Below, one piece after another: positions 28,974-43,804 of a stretch of DNA of 64,000 bases (its first letter is position 1; each line of letters begins with the position of its first letter). The position numbers and the translations under genes are program-made. Under the pieces are notes generated by a model. The model had not been told where the DNA came from. It worked only from the letters and a program-made list of their open reading frames with translations, and did not search any database. Source of the DNA: Escherichia coli (GTDB lineage: Bacteria; Pseudomonadota; Gammaproteobacteria; Enterobacterales; Enterobacteriaceae); assembly GCF_003790525.1 (NCBI RefSeq), contig NZ_CP033635.1. One strand, given 5' to 3'.

Positions 28974-29567
28974 ATGACTTCTCTGTATTTAGCTTCCGGT
29001 TCTCCGCGTCGTCAGGAGTTACTTGCGCAACTTGGCGTAACCTTTGAACGTATTGTTACGGGCATTGAGGAGCAGCGTCAGCCGCAGGAGAGCGCGCAGC
29101 AATATGTTGTGCGTCTGGCGCGCGAGAAAGCACAGGCGGGTGTCGCGCAAACGGCGCAGGATCTCCCGGTGCTGGGTGCGGATACTATCGTTATCCTGAA
29201 TGGAGAAGTGCTGGAGAAACCGCGCGACGCAGAGCATGCGGTGCAGATGTTGCGCAAATTATCGGGTCAGACCCATCAGGTAATGACGGCAGTGGCGTTG
29301 GCCGACAGCCAGCACATTCTCGATTGCCTGGTGGTCACCGATGTGACTTTCAGAACGTTAACAGACGAAGACATCGCGGGCTATGTCGCCAGCGGTGAAC
29401 CGTTAGATAAAGCAGGTGCATACGGTATTCAGGGGCTGGGTGGCTGTTTTGTCAGGAAGATAAATGGCAGCTATCACGCCGTAGTCGGCTTACCGCTGGT
29501 TGAAACGTATGAATTATTAAGTAATTTTAACGCACTGCGTGAGAAAAGGGATAAACATGACGGCTGA
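28974..29567 (+). CDS. yhdE: Maf-like nucleotide pyrophosphatase
   Basis: 197 aa Maf family. Confidence 0.9.
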   Translation: MTSLYLASGSPRRQELLAQLGVTFERIVTGIEEQRQPQESAQQYVVRLAREKAQAGVAQTAQDLPVLGADTIVILNGEVLEKPRDAEHAVQMLRKLSGQTHQVMTAVALADSQHILDCLVVTDVTFRTLTDEDIAGYVASGEPLDKAGAYGIQGLGGCFVRKINGSYHAVVGLPLVETYELLSNFNALREKRDKHDG

Positions 29568-31026
29568 ATTGTTAGTAAACGTAACGCCTTCGGAAACGCG
29601 AGTGGCGTATATTGATGGCGGTATTCTGCAGGAAATTCATATTGAACGTGAGGCGCGACGCGGAATAGTAGGCAATATCTACAAGGGTCGTGTAAGTCGT
29701 GTACTTCCGGGTATGCAGGCGGCTTTTGTAGATATTGGGCTGGATAAAGCCGCGTTTCTTCATGCATCCGACATCATGCCGCACACCGAATGTGTGGCGG
29801 GTGAAGAACAAAAGCAATTCACGGTGCGCGACATCTCGGAGCTGGTCCGTCAGGGGCAAGATCTGATGGTGCAGGTGGTGAAAGATCCGCTTGGCACTAA
29901 AGGTGCGCGCCTGACCACCGATATCACGCTGCCTTCTCGCTATCTGGTGTTTATGCCAGGTGCTTCTCACGTTGGGGTATCCCAACGTATTGAAAGCGAA
30001 TCAGAACGTGAACGCCTGAAAAAAGTGGTCGCAGAGTATTGTGACGAGCAGGGCGGGTTTATCATCCGTACTGCAGCGGAAGGGGTTGGCGAGGCTGAAC
30101 TGGCCTCCGATGCCGCTTATCTGAAACGCGTCTGGACCAAAGTTATGGAGCGTAAAAAGCGCCCACAGACCCGTTATCAGCTGTACGGCGAACTGGCGCT
30201 GGCGCAGCGTGTTCTGCGTGATTTCGCCGACGCCGAACTCGACCGCATTCGCGTTGACTCACGCCTGACTTACGAAGCATTGCTGGAGTTTACCTCGGAG
30301 TACATTCCCGAGATGACCAGCAAGCTGGAGCATTACACCGGACGCCAGCCGATTTTCGATCTCTTTGATGTCGAAAACGAAATTCAGCGAGCGCTGGAAC
30401 GCAAAGTAGAACTGAAATCCGGTGGCTATCTGATTATCGACCAGACCGAAGCGATGACCACCGTGGACATCAATACCGGGGCGTTTGTCGGTCATCGCAA
30501 TCTGGACGACACCATTTTCAATACCAATATTGAAGCGACGCAGGCTATCGCTCGCCAGTTACGGTTGCGCAATCTGGGCGGGATTATCATTATTGATTTC
30601 ATCGACATGAATAATGAAGATCACCGTCGCCGCGTGTTGCATTCGCTGGAGCAGGCGTTGAGCAAAGACCGGGTGAAAACCAGCGTTAATGGTTTTTCGG
30701 CGCTGGGGCTGGTGGAGATGACGCGTAAACGCACCCGCGAAAGCATTGAGCACGTACTGTGTAACGAATGCCCAACCTGCCACGGTCGCGGAACGGTGAA
30801 AACCGTGGAAACGGTATGCTATGAAATCATGCGCGAGATTGTTCGTGTCCACCATGCTTACGACTCCGACCGTTTCCTGGTCTATGCTTCTCCGGCAGTA
30901 GCCGAAGCCTTGAAAGGCGAAGAGTCACACTCGCTGGCGGAAGTGGAAATTTTCGTTGGCAAACAGGTTAAAGTACAAATTGAACCGCTCTATAACCAGG
31001 AGCAGTTTGACGTCGTAATGATGTAA
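29557..31026 (+). CDS. rng: ribonuclease G
   Basis: 489 aa from [22 protein letters not shown]; S1 domain and RNase E/G catalytic core. Confidence 0.93.
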
Positions 31027-31093
31027 ACAGATGCTGGGCCGCCATCCGGCAAAGGGTTTTTGAGTCACATTTTTAGCAGACAAGGAGTGACGG

Positions 31094-34000
31094 GTGAGGC
31101 GATTGCCGGGGATTTTACTGCTTACTGGAGCTGCGCTCGTTGTGATCGCTGCCCTGCTGGTTAGCGGCCTGCGTATTGCTTTACCGCATCTTGACGCCTG
31201 GCGTCCGGAAATCCTCAACAAAATAGAATCCGCGACTGGCATGCCGGTAGAAGCCAGTCAGCTCTCAGCCAGCTGGCAGAATTTTGGTCCGACGCTTGAA
31301 GCACACGACATCCGTGCAGAACTAAAAGATGGCGGCGAATTTTCGGTTAAACGCGTTACTCTTGCGCTAGATGTCTGGCAGAGCCTGTTACATATGCGCT
31401 GGCAGTTTCGCGACCTCACTTTCTGGCATCTGCGCTTTCGCACCAACACTCCTATCACCAGCGGCGGTGGTAATGATAGCCTGGAAGCCAGTCACATCAG
31501 CGATCTGTTTCTTCGTCAATTTGACCATTTCGATCTCCGCGACAGTGAAGTCAGTTTCCTGACGCCATCCGGTCAGCGCGCCGAGCTGGCGATCCCACAG
31601 CTCACCTGGCTGAACGATCCACGTCGACACCGTGCGGAAGGCCTGGTAAGCCTCTCCAGCCTTACCGGACAGCACGGCGTGATGCAGGTGCGTATGGATT
31701 TGCGCGATGATGAGGGGTTGTTAAGCAATGGTCGCGTCTGGCTCCAGGCGGATGACATCGACCTGAAGCCGTGGCTCGGTAAATGGATGCAGGACAATAT
31801 TGCGCTGGAAACGGCACAGTTCTCCCTTGAAGGCTGGATGACGATCGACAAAGGCGATGTAACCGGCGGTGACGTCTGGCTGAAACAGGGCGGTGCCAGC
31901 TGGTTGGGCGAGAAGGAAACACATACGCTGTCGGTGGATAATCTGACTGCGCATATTACGCGTGAAAATCCGGGATGGCAGTTCTCTATTCCCGATACAC
32001 GGATCACGATGGACGGCAAACCCTGGCCGAGCGGAGCATTGACGCTGGCCTGGATACCGGAACAGGACGTTGGCGGCAAAGACAATAAACGCAGTGACGA
32101 ACTCCGGATTCGTGCCAGTAATCTGGAGCTGGCAGGCCTGGAGGGCGTACGCCCGTTGGCCGCGAAACTTTCACCTGCACTGGGTGATGTTTGGCGCTCC
32201 ACACAACCGAGCGGCAAGATTAACACTCTGGCGCTGGATATCCCGCTTCAGGCGGCAGACAAGACCCGTTTTCAGGCATCGTGGAGCGATCTGGCCTGGA
32301 AGCAATGGAAATTATTACCGGGTGCGGAACACTTCTCCGGGACGCTTTCCGGCAGCGTAGAAAATGGTTTGCTTACTGCGTCGATGAAGCAGGCAAAGAT
32401 GCCTTACGAAACGGTATTCCGCGCGCCACTGGAAATCGCCGACGGCCAGGCAACGATAAGCTGGCTGAACAATGACAAAGGTTTCCAGCTGGATGGACGT
32501 AATATTGACGTTAAAGCCAAAGCCGTCCATGCGCGCGGCGGTTTTCGTTACCTGCAACCTGCTAACGATGAACCCTGGCTGGGGATTCTGGCTGGCATCA
32601 GTACCGACGATGGTTCACAAGCCTGGCGCTATTTCCCGGAAAACTTGATGGGTAAAGACCTGGTTGATTACTTAAGTGGCGCGATTCAGGGCGGTGAAGC
32701 GGATAACGCGACGCTGGTTTATGGTGGCAATCCGCAACTCTTCCCCTATAAACACAACGAAGGTCAGTTTGAAGTGCTGGTGCCGCTGCGCAACGCGAAG
32801 TTTGCCTTCCAGCCGGACTGGCCTGCATTAACTAACCTTGATATTGAACTGGACTTTATTAACGACGGTTTATGGATGAAAACCGATGGCGTTAATCTGG
32901 GCGGCGTGCGTGCGAGTAATCTCACCGCAGTGATCCCTGACTACTCAAAAGAAAAACTGCTGATTGACGCTGACATTAAAGGCCCGGGTAAAGCCGTTGG
33001 CCCTTACTTTGATGAGACACCGCTGAAAGATTCTCTGGGGGCGACCCTGCAAGAACTCCAGCTCGACGGCGATGTGAATGCTCGCTTACATCTCGATATT
33101 CCGCTGAACGGCGAACTGGTAACCGCGAAAGGTGAAGTGACGCTGCGTAATAACAGTCTGTTTATCAAACCACTCGACAGCACCCTGAAAAATTTGAGCG
33201 GTAAATTCAGCTTTATCAATGGCGATCTGCAAAGTGAACCACTGACAGCAAGCTGGTTTAATCAGCCGTTGAACGTGGATTTTTCCACCAAAGAAGGGGC
33301 AAAAGCCTACCAGGTCGCGGTGAATCTCAACGGTAACTGGCAACCAGCGAAAACCGGCGTTCTGCCTGAAGCGGTGAACGAAGCATTAAGTGGCAGCGTG
33401 GCGTGGGATGGTAAAGTGGGCATTGAGCTGCCTTATCATGCTGGCGCGACGTATAACGTAGAGCTGAATGGCGATTTGAAGAATGTGAGCAGTCACTTAC
33501 CTTCACCGTTAGCCAAACCTGCGGGTGAACCACTACCGGTAAACGTTAAGGTTGATGGCAATCTCAACAGCTTTGAATTAACCGGACAGGCTGGTGCGGA
33601 TAACCATTTCAATAGCCGCTGGTTGCTCGGTCAAAAGCTGACGCTCGATCGTGCTATATGGGCGGCAGACAGTAAAACGCTCCCGCCGTTGCCGGAACAA
33701 AGTGGCGTTGAACTCAATATGCCGCCGATGAATGGTGCCGAGTGGCTGGCCCTGTTCCAGAAAGGCGCGGCGGAGAGTGTCGGTGGTGCAGCGAGTTTCC
33801 CACAACACATAACGTTACGTACGCCTATGTTGTCGCTGGGAAATCAGCAATGGAATAACCTGAGCATTGTTTCGCAACCGACGGCAAATGGCACCCAGGT
33901 TGAGGCGCAAGGGCGTGAAATCAACGCCACGCTGGCGATGCGTAATAACGCGCCGTGGCTGGCGAATATCAAATATCTTTATTACAACCCAAGCGTGCCG

Positions 34001-34894
34001 AAAACTCATGGTGACTCAACGAATTCATCACCTTTCCTGACAACGGAGCGCATTAGCTTCCGTGGCTGGCCGGACGCACAAATACGATGCGCAGAGTGCT
34101 GGTTCTGGGGGCAAAAATTCGGGCGCATTGACAGTGATATCACCATTTCTGGCAATACATTAACGCTGACTAATGGACTGATTGATACTGGTTTTTCGCG
34201 GCTCACTGCCGATGGTGAATGGGTTAACAATCCGGGAAATGAACGCACTTCGCTGAAAGGAAAACTGCGTGGGCAGAAAATTGATGCCGCCGCAGAATTT
34301 TTTGGTGTCACGACGCCCATACGGCAGTCGTCATTTAATGTGGATTACGATTTACACTGGCGCAAAGCACCCTGGCAACCAGATGAGGCGACGTTGAATG
34401 GCATCATTCATACTCAACTGGGCAAAGGCGAAATTACCGAAATCAATACCGGACATGCCGGGCAATTGCTGCGCTTATTGAGCGTTGATGCCCTGATGCG
34501 TAAGCTGCGTTTTGATTTCAGAGACACTTTTGGCGAAGGGTTCTATTTTGACTCCATTCGCAGCACCGCGTGGATTAAAGACGGCGTTATGCACACCGAC
34601 GACACGCTGGTGGATGGCCTGGAAGCGGACATCGCTATGAAAGGGTCGGTAAATCTGGTACGTCGCGACCTGAATATGGAAGCGGTTGTCGCACCAGAGA
34701 TTTCTGCGACGGTGGGTGTGGCTGCGGCCTTTGCGGTTAACCCCATTGTTGGCGCGGCAGTGTTTGCCGCCAGTAAAGTGCTGGGACCGCTGTGGAGCAA
34801 AGTCTCCATTTTGCGCTATCACATTTCGGGTCCGCTGGACGATCCGCAAATCAACGAAGTGTTGCGACAACCGCGTAAAGAAAAAGCGCAATGA
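31094..34894 (+). CDS. yhdP: AsmA-like envelope protein YhdP
   Basis: 1266 aa, GTG start, N-terminal TM anchor. Confidence 0.9.
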   Translation: MRRLPGILLLTGAALVVIAALLVSGLRIALPHLDAWRPEILNKIESATGMPVEASQLSASWQNFGPTLEAHDIRAELKDGGEFSVKRVTLALDVWQSLLHMRWQFRDLTFWHLRFRTNTPITSGGGNDSLEASHISDLFLRQFDHFDLRDSEVSFLTPSGQRAELAIPQLTWLNDPRRHRAEGLVSLSSLTGQHGVMQVRMDLRDDEGLLSNGRVWLQADDIDLKPWLGKWMQDNIALETAQFSLEGWMTIDKGDVTGGDVWLKQGGASWLGEKETHTLSVDNLTAHITRENPGWQFSIPDTRITMDGKPWPSGALTLAWIPEQDVGGKDNKRSDELRIRASNLELAGLEGVRPLAAKLSPALGDVWRSTQPSGKINTLALDIPLQAADKTRFQASWSDLAWKQWKLLPGAEHFSGTLSGSVENGLLTASMKQAKMPYETVFRAPLEIADGQATISWLNNDKGFQLDGRNIDVKAKAVHARGGFRYLQPANDEPWLGILAGISTDDGSQAWRYFPENLMGKDLVDYLSGAIQGGEADNATLVYGGNPQLFPYKHNEGQFEVLVPLRNAKFAFQPDWPALTNLDIELDFINDGLWMKTDGVNLGGVRASNLTAVIPDYSKEKLLIDADIKGPGKAVGPYFDETPLKDSLGATLQELQLDGDVNARLHLDIPLNGELVTAKGEVTLRNNSLFIKPLDSTLKNLSGKFSFINGDLQSEPLTASWFNQPLNVDFSTKEGAKAYQVAVNLNGNWQPAKTGVLPEAVNEALSGSVAWDGKVGIELPYHAGATYNVELNGDLKNVSSHLPSPLAKPAGEPLPVNVKVDGNLNSFELTGQAGADNHFNSRWLLGQKLTLDRAIWAADSKTLPPLPEQSGVELNMPPMNGAEWLALFQKGAAESVGGAASFPQHITLRTPMLSLGNQQWNNLSIVSQPTANGTQVEAQGREINATLAMRNNAPWLANIKYLYYNPSVPKTHGDSTNSSPFLTTERISFRGWPDAQIRCAECWFWGQKFGRIDSDITISGNTLTLTNGLIDTGFSRLTADGEWVNNPGNERTSLKGKLRGQKIDAAAEFFGVTTPIRQSSFNVDYDLHWRKAPWQPDEATLNGIIHTQLGKGEITEINTGHAGQLLRLLSVDALMRKLRFDFRDTFGEGFYFDSIRSTAWIKDGVMHTDDTLVDGLEADIAMKGSVNLVRRDLNMEAVVAPEISATVGVAAAFAVNPIVGAAVFAASKVLGPLWSKVSILRYHISGPLDDPQINEVLRQPRKEKAQ

Positions 34895-34967
34895 TTTGAC
34901 GAGGGCGCGTAATTGCCCCAATCTCATAGGATAATCGTTGCCAAAGGCCAACGAGCCAGAACATAAC

Positions 34968-35006
34968 CGTAGGCCGGATAGGGCGTTCACGCCGCATCCG
35001 GCAGCC
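34968..35006. repeat. REP (repetitive extragenic palindromic) element
   Basis: GTAGGCCGGATAGGGCGTTCACGCCGCATCCGGCAGCC matches REP consensus; intergenic between yhdP and tldD. Confidence 0.8.
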
Positions 35007-35034
35007 GTAAAAAATCCTCTACTGCAGTAACTAA

Positions 35035-36495
<1,461 letters not shown>

Positions 36496-36622
36496 TAATT
36501 TCAGTATTTTCAGAAGGATAATTAATCCTTCTCCGTGTACGAACGGTCCCCTCGCCCCTCTGGGGTTAGGGTGAGGGGAACCCGTTGGCACAGGTTTGTA
36601 CTACGTAACAGTACAATATTAA

Positions 36623-37552
36623 TTACTTCTCTTTCCCGCGCCCGTGCATCTCCTGAAACAATTTACCGACCTCAACAAAATAATCCGTCAGCGAGTTGAT
36701 CACGACCTGTACCTTCAGCGGTAGCTTATCTTTTTCGGTATACAACGCATAAACCGGGCGTGGATCTGACTGGTAACGCGGCAGCAGGATCTCCAGTTCC
36801 CCGCGATTGATCTCGTTGATCACCCACATCAGCGGCACGTAGGCGATCCCGGCACCCGCCGTCAGCCAGCGCACCAGCGTCATCGGATCATTAGTCACAA
36901 ATCTTCCTTGTGGGATCAGGCGAGTCGAGATCCCTTCCGGTGCGATCAGTTCAAATTCATTGTCGGGCCGCACGCTGTATTCAAGCCATGAATGACTACT
37001 CAAATCGGCGGGTTTTTCCGGTATGCCGTATTGTGTGAGATAGCTTTTCGCGGCGCACACCACCATCGGCATCGCGCCCAGACGGCGGGAAAACAGGCTG
37101 GAATCCTGCAACGCGCCGACGCGGATCACCACATCCAGACCATCGGCAATCAGGTCGGGGGCAGGAATTCCGGTAACCAGATTGACGCTCAAACCTGGGT
37201 ATTCTTTCAGCATTTTTGCTGTCAGCCCGGCGAGAACATTTTGTGCCATAGTTGAAGAACAGCCAATGCGCAGCGTCCCGATGGGGGTGTTATTGAAGGC
37301 ATACAGTTGCTCATGAACATCCTGCACTTCATGGAGCATCCGACGGCAGCCCTGGTAGTAAATTCTACCGGCTTCGGTCAGGCCAATGCTGCGTGTGCTA
37401 CGGTTTAACAGCTTTACCTGTAACTCATCTTCCAGTTTTGACACCGTCTGACTGATGGACGAAACGCTCATCTGTAGCTGTCTGGCGGCGGCGGTAAAAG
37501 AGCCAAATTCAACTACTTTGGCAAACACCGACATGCGTTTTAGTCGTTCCAT
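36623..37552 (-). CDS. aaeR: LysR-family activator of aaeXAB
   Basis: 309 aa, N-terminal LysR HTH, divergent from aaeX. Confidence 0.9.
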   Translation of the reverse strand: MERLKRMSVFAKVVEFGSFTAAARQLQMSVSSISQTVSKLEDELQVKLLNRSTRSIGLTEAGRIYYQGCRRMLHEVQDVHEQLYAFNNTPIGTLRIGCSSTMAQNVLAGLTAKMLKEYPGLSVNLVTGIPAPDLIADGLDVVIRVGALQDSSLFSRRLGAMPMVVCAAKSYLTQYGIPEKPADLSSHSWLEYSVRPDNEFELIAPEGISTRLIPQGRFVTNDPMTLVRWLTAGAGIAYVPLMWVINEINRGELEILLPRYQSDPRPVYALYTEKDKLPLKVQVVINSLTDYFVEVGKLFQEMHGRGKEK

Positions 37553-37734
37553 TATTCACTCTGACTTAAAAGTGATTTAGATCACATAATATAGATAACA
37601 GCATAACAGTTACGCTAATATATTAAATATCAATCTACAGCAATGTTGCTCTCGCCCGGCTTTCCATGCCCTTCTCTGCGGCGACAGATGCTGAAAATAA
37701 TAACGCCTGCTCTCTCTATACAACCAAGGTCAAC

Positions 37735-37938
37735 ATGAGTCTGTTTCCCGTTATCGTGGTGTTTGGGCTGTCCTTCCCACCGATATTTTTTGAATTGCTT
37801 TTATCACTGGCGATTTTCTGGCTGGTGCGCCGGGTACTTGTGCCAACAGGTATCTACGACTTTGTCTGGCATCCGGCGTTGTTCAACACCGCGCTCTATT
37901 GCTGCTTGTTTTATTTGATATCGCGACTGTTCGTTTGA
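37735..37938 (+). CDS. aaeX: small membrane protein AaeX
   Basis: 67 aa from [23 protein letters not shown]. Confidence 0.85.
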
Positions 37939-37945
37939 GGTTGAA

Positions 37946-38878
37946 GTGAAAACACTAATAAGAAAATTCTCCCGTACGGCCATCACGGTCGTATTAGTCA
38001 TTCTGGCCTTCATCGCAATTTTTAATGCCTGGGTCTATTACACCGAATCCCCGTGGACGCGTGACGCGCGCTTTAGCGCTGACGTCGTTGCGATCGCGCC
38101 GGACGTTTCTGGACTCATTACCCAGGTGAATGTTCATGATAACCAGCTGGTGAAAAAAGGACAGGTACTGTTCACCATCGACCAGCCGCGTTATCAAAAG
38201 GCGCTTGAGGAAGCGCAAGCCGATGTTGCTTATTATCAGGTACTGGCACAGGAGAAACGCCAGGAGGCCGGACGTCGTAACCGTCTCGGTGTGCAGGCGA
38301 TGTCTCGCGAAGAGATCGACCAGGCCAACAACGTACTACAAACAGTTCTGCATCAGTTAGCGAAAGCGCAGGCGACCCGCGATCTGGCAAAACTGGATCT
38401 TGAACGTACAGTCATCCGCGCGCCAGCAGATGGCTGGGTGACCAACCTCAACGTCTATACCGGTGAGTTTATTACCCGTGGATCAACGGCGGTTGCGCTG
38501 GTGAAACAGAACTCCTTCTATGTACTGGCCTATATGGAAGAAACTAAGCTGGAAGGGGTGCGCCCTGGGTATCGTGCGGAGATCACGCCGCTTGGCAGTA
38601 ACAAAGTGCTGAAAGGGACTGTTGATAGTGTTGCCGCTGGGGTCACCAACGCCAGCAGCACGCGTGACGACAAAGGGATGGCGACCATCGACTCTAACCT
38701 TGAATGGGTGCGTTTGGCGCAACGTGTTCCGGTTCGTATTCGTCTCGACAACCAGCAAGAGAACATCTGGCCTGCGGGCACCACTGCTACAGTGGTGGTC
38801 ACTGGCAAACAAGATCGCGACGAAAGCCAGGATTCGTTCTTCCGTAAAATGGCCCATCGCCTGCGTGAGTTTGGTTAA
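37946..38878 (+). CDS. aaeA: aromatic carboxylic acid efflux pump, membrane fusion subunit
   Basis: 310 aa HlyD-like. Confidence 0.92.
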
Positions 38879-38883
38879 TCACG

Positions 38884-40851
38884 ATGGGTATTTTCTCCAT
38901 TGCTAACCAACATATTCGCTTTGCGGTAAAACTGGCGACCGCCATTGTACTGGCGCTGTTTGTTGGCTTTCACTTCCAGCTGGAAACGCCACGCTGGGCG
39001 GTACTGACAGCGGCGATTGTTGCCGCCGGTCCGGCCTTTGCTGCGGGAGGTGAACCGTATTCTGGCGCTATTCGCTATCGTGGCTTTTTGCGCATCATCG
39101 GCACATTTATTGGCTGTATTGCCGGACTGGTAATCATCATTGCGATGATCCGCGCACCATTATTGATGATTCTGGTGTGCTGTATCTGGGCCGGTTTTTG
39201 TACCTGGATATCCTCGCTGGTACGAATAGAAAACTCGTATGCGTGGGGGCTGGCCGGTTATACCGCGCTGATCATTGTGATCACTATTCAGCCGGAACCA
39301 TTGCTTACGCCGCAGTTTGCCGTCGAACGTTGTAGCGAGATCGTTATCGGTATTGTGTGTGCAATTATGGCGGATTTGCTCTTTTCTCCGCGATCGATCA
39401 AACAAGAAGTGGATCGAGAGCTGGAAAGTTTGCTGGTCGCGCAATATCAATTAATGCAACTCTGTATCAAACATGGCGATGGTGAAGTTGTCGATAAAGC
39501 CTGGGGCGATCTGGTGCGACGTACTACGGCGTTACAAGGTATGCGCAGCAACCTGAATATGGAATCTTCCCGCTGGGCGCGGGCCAATCGACGTTTAAAA
39601 GCGATCAATACGCTATCGCTGACGCTGATTACACAATCCTGCGAAACTTATCTTATTCAGAATACGCGCCCGGAATTGATCACTGATACTTTCCGCGAAT
39701 TTTTTGACACGCCGGTAGAAACCGCGCAGGACGTCCACAAGCAGCTCAAACGCCTGCGGAGAGTGATCGCCTGGACCGGGGAACGGGAAACGCCTGTTAC
39801 CATTTATAGCTGGGTCGCGGCGGCAACGCGTTATCAGCTTCTCAAGCGCGGCGTTATCAGTAACACAAAAATCAACGCCACCGAAGAAGAGATCCTGCAA
39901 GGCGAACCGGAAGTCAAAGTAGAGTCAGCCGAACGTCATCATGCGATGGTTAACTTCTGGCGAACCACACTTTCCTGCATTCTGGGGACGCTTTTCTGGC
40001 TGTGGACGGGCTGGACTTCCGGCAGTGGTGCAATGGTGATGATTGCGGTAGTGACGTCACTGGCAATGCGTTTGCCAAATCCACGCATGGTGGCGATCGA
40101 CTTTATCTACGGGACGCTGGCCGCGCTGCCGTTAGGGCTGCTCTACTTTTTGGTGATTATCCCTAATACTCAACAGAGCATGTTGCTGCTGTGTATTAGC
40201 CTGGCAGTGCTGGGATTTTTCCTCGGTATAGAAGTACAGAAACGGCGACTGGGCTCGATGGGGGCGCTGGCCAGCACCATAAATATTATCGTGCTGGATA
40301 ACCCGATGACTTTCCATTTCAGTCAGTTTCTCGACAGCGCATTAGGGCAAATCGTCGGCTGTGTGCTCGCGTTCACCGTTATTTTGCTGGTGCGGGATAA
40401 ATCGCGCGACAGGACTGGACGTGTACTGCTTAATCAGTTTGTTTCTGCCGCTGTTTCCGCGATGACTACCAATGTGGCACGTCGTAAAGAGAATCACCTC
40501 CCGGCACTTTATCAGCAGCTGTTTTTGCTGATGAATAAGTTCCCAGGGGATTTGCCGAAATTTCGCCTGGCGCTGACGATGATTATCGCGCACCAGCGCC
40601 TGCGTGATGCGCCGATCCCGGTTAACGAGGATTTATCGGCGTTTCACCGACAAATGCGCCGCACAGCAGACCATGTGATATCTGCCCGTAGCGATGATAA
40701 ACGTCGTCGGTACTTTGGCCAGTTGCTGGAAGAACTTGAAATCTACCAGGAAAAGCTACGCATCTGGCAAGCGCCACCGCAGGTGACGGAACCAGTACAT
40801 CGGCTTACGGGTATGCTCCATAAGTATCAACATGCGTTGACCGATAGTTAA
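38884..40851 (+). CDS. aaeB: aromatic carboxylic acid efflux pump, permease subunit
   Basis: 655 aa. Confidence 0.92.
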   Translation: MGIFSIANQHIRFAVKLATAIVLALFVGFHFQLETPRWAVLTAAIVAAGPAFAAGGEPYSGAIRYRGFLRIIGTFIGCIAGLVIIIAMIRAPLLMILVCCIWAGFCTWISSLVRIENSYAWGLAGYTALIIVITIQPEPLLTPQFAVERCSEIVIGIVCAIMADLLFSPRSIKQEVDRELESLLVAQYQLMQLCIKHGDGEVVDKAWGDLVRRTTALQGMRSNLNMESSRWARANRRLKAINTLSLTLITQSCETYLIQNTRPELITDTFREFFDTPVETAQDVHKQLKRLRRVIAWTGERETPVTIYSWVAAATRYQLLKRGVISNTKINATEEEILQGEPEVKVESAERHHAMVNFWRTTLSCILGTLFWLWTGWTSGSGAMVMIAVVTSLAMRLPNPRMVAIDFIYGTLAALPLGLLYFLVIIPNTQQSMLLLCISLAVLGFFLGIEVQKRRLGSMGALASTINIIVLDNPMTFHFSQFLDSALGQIVGCVLAFTVILLVRDKSRDRTGRVLLNQFVSAAVSAMTTNVARRKENHLPALYQQLFLLMNKFPGDLPKFRLALTMIIAHQRLRDAPIPVNEDLSAFHRQMRRTADHVISARSDDKRRRYFGQLLEELEIYQEKLRIWQAPPQVTEPVHRLTGMLHKYQHALTDS

Positions 40852-40855
40852 GTCA

Positions 40856-40886
40856 AAACCGACGCCAAAAGCGTCGGTTTTTTCAT
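40856..40886 (+). terminator. rho-independent terminator after aaeB
   Basis: AAACCGACGCC-AAAA-GGCGTCGGTTTTTTC. Confidence 0.85.
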
Positions 40887-40942
40887 GGCTATACTTAGCA
40901 ATGAACGGCAGAACTCGCCGCGAAACGTGACGGTGGCAACAG

Positions 40943-41215
40943 ATGAATATTTATACCTTTGATTTTGATGAGATTGAGAGTCAGGAGGATTTTTATCGCG
41001 ACTTCAGCCAAGCCTTTGGTCTGGCGAAAGATAAGGTACGCGATCTCGACTCACTATGGGATGTGTTAATGAACGATGTCCTGCCGCTACCACTTGAGAT
41101 TGAATTTGTTCATCTGGGAGAGAAAACGCGTCGCCGTTTTGGCGCGTTAATATTGCTGTTTGATGAGGCAGAGGAAGAGCTGGAAGGGCATTTGCGTTTT
41201 AATGTTCGTCATTAG
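40943..41215 (+). CDS. yhcO: barstar-like protein YhcO
   Basis: 90 aa. Confidence 0.85.
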   Translation: MNIYTFDFDEIESQEDFYRDFSQAFGLAKDKVRDLDSLWDVLMNDVLPLPLEIEFVHLGEKTRRRFGALILLFDEAEEELEGHLRFNVRH

Positions 41216-41270
41216 CGCAAAAAAAAGCCCCCGAACCGGGGGCAATATCGTCGGACAAGACGATGAGGGT

Positions 41271-41534
41271 TTATTTGTACAGTTCAGCCGTAGCGTGCCA
41301 GGTGTCACCGCTACGAGCTTCCGTAATCTGGTAGGCCGTTGCGCCTTTCTCTTCTGCTTTTTTGTTCAGCATTTCACGCATATCCATTGGCGAAGACGCC
41401 ACACCACTTACGGATACGGTCCCGATTGCTTCACGATTTTGTGCTTGTGCAGCATCAATGGAGTCGGCAGCGAATGCACCGAAAGAGAGAACAGAAAGTA
41501 CGCTTAATGCAGCAACAGTGGTTTTGATTTTCAT
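41271..41534 (-). CDS. yhcN: periplasmic stress-response protein YhcN
   Basis: 87 aa from MKIKTTVAALSVLSVLSFGAFA signal peptide. Confidence 0.85.
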   Translation of the reverse strand: MKIKTTVAALSVLSVLSFGAFAADSIDAAQAQNREAIGTVSVSGVASSPMDMREMLNKKAEEKGATAYQITEARSGDTWHATAELYK

Positions 41535-41898
41535 GATTTTTACCTCGACATAATCTTTTAGCTGGGCCTTTGTTTCGTGACCCATATCACAAAATCAAGT
41601 ATACACTAATTATTGAACTAATTAATACCACGCTAACTGTTTCAGTTGATACTAAGTGTTAAAAATGTGAATTTTAATAACAAAAAAGTATTAAAAACAC
41701 GGTTATTTATTATAAATACCATATTTTTCAATTAGATAATGGATTTTGCATAATGTGCTTTTTTTACCGTATGTATTCATTGTGTGAATGATATGTCGCA
41801 GTAAAACGCACTATTCGTTAAATTAATCGCAGGGGAAAGCAGGGGGTTGAGAGGGATAAGCAACATTTTCCCCGCCGCCAGAAGCGACGGGGCAGAGA

Positions 41899-42372
<474 letters not shown>

Positions 42373-42389
42373 TCACCCGATATGGTGGT

Positions 42390-42432
42390 TGATACAACAT
42401 TATTGTGCATACAGATGAATTTTTATGCAAAC
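42390..42432 (-). promoter_or_regulatory. candidate ARG box(es) in the argR promoter
   Basis: ATGAATTTTTATGCAAA resembles the TGAAT-w4-ATTCA ARG box; argR autoregulation is established. Confidence 0.5.
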
Positions 42433-42728
42433 AGTCAGCCCTGAAGAAGGCTGAAATAATGTTATGAAAGAGCGGGATTTTATCAAATTTCGTTATTGAG
42501 AAACATGCCTGCGTCACGGCATGCAAATTCTGCTTAAAAGTAAATTAATTGTTATCAAATTGATGTTGTTTTGGCTGAACGGTAGGGTATATTGTCACCA
42601 CCTGTTGGAATGTTGCGCTAATGCATAAGCGACTGTTAATTACGTAAGTTAGGTTCCTGATTACGGCAATTAAATGCATAAACGCTAAACTTGCGTGACT
42701 ACACATTCTTGAGATGTGGTCATTGTAA

Positions 42729-43742
<1,014 letters not shown>

Positions 43743-43804
43743 TTGATTAGCGGATAATAAAAAACCGGAGCACAGACTCCGGTTTTTTGTTTTGAGCGCA
43801 CGAC

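Noticed and set aside
31258-34320. Series of antisense and alternate-frame ORFs (60-217 aa) inside yhdP
   Set aside because: Shadow ORFs inside a long confidently identified gene; no independent start or terminator signals.
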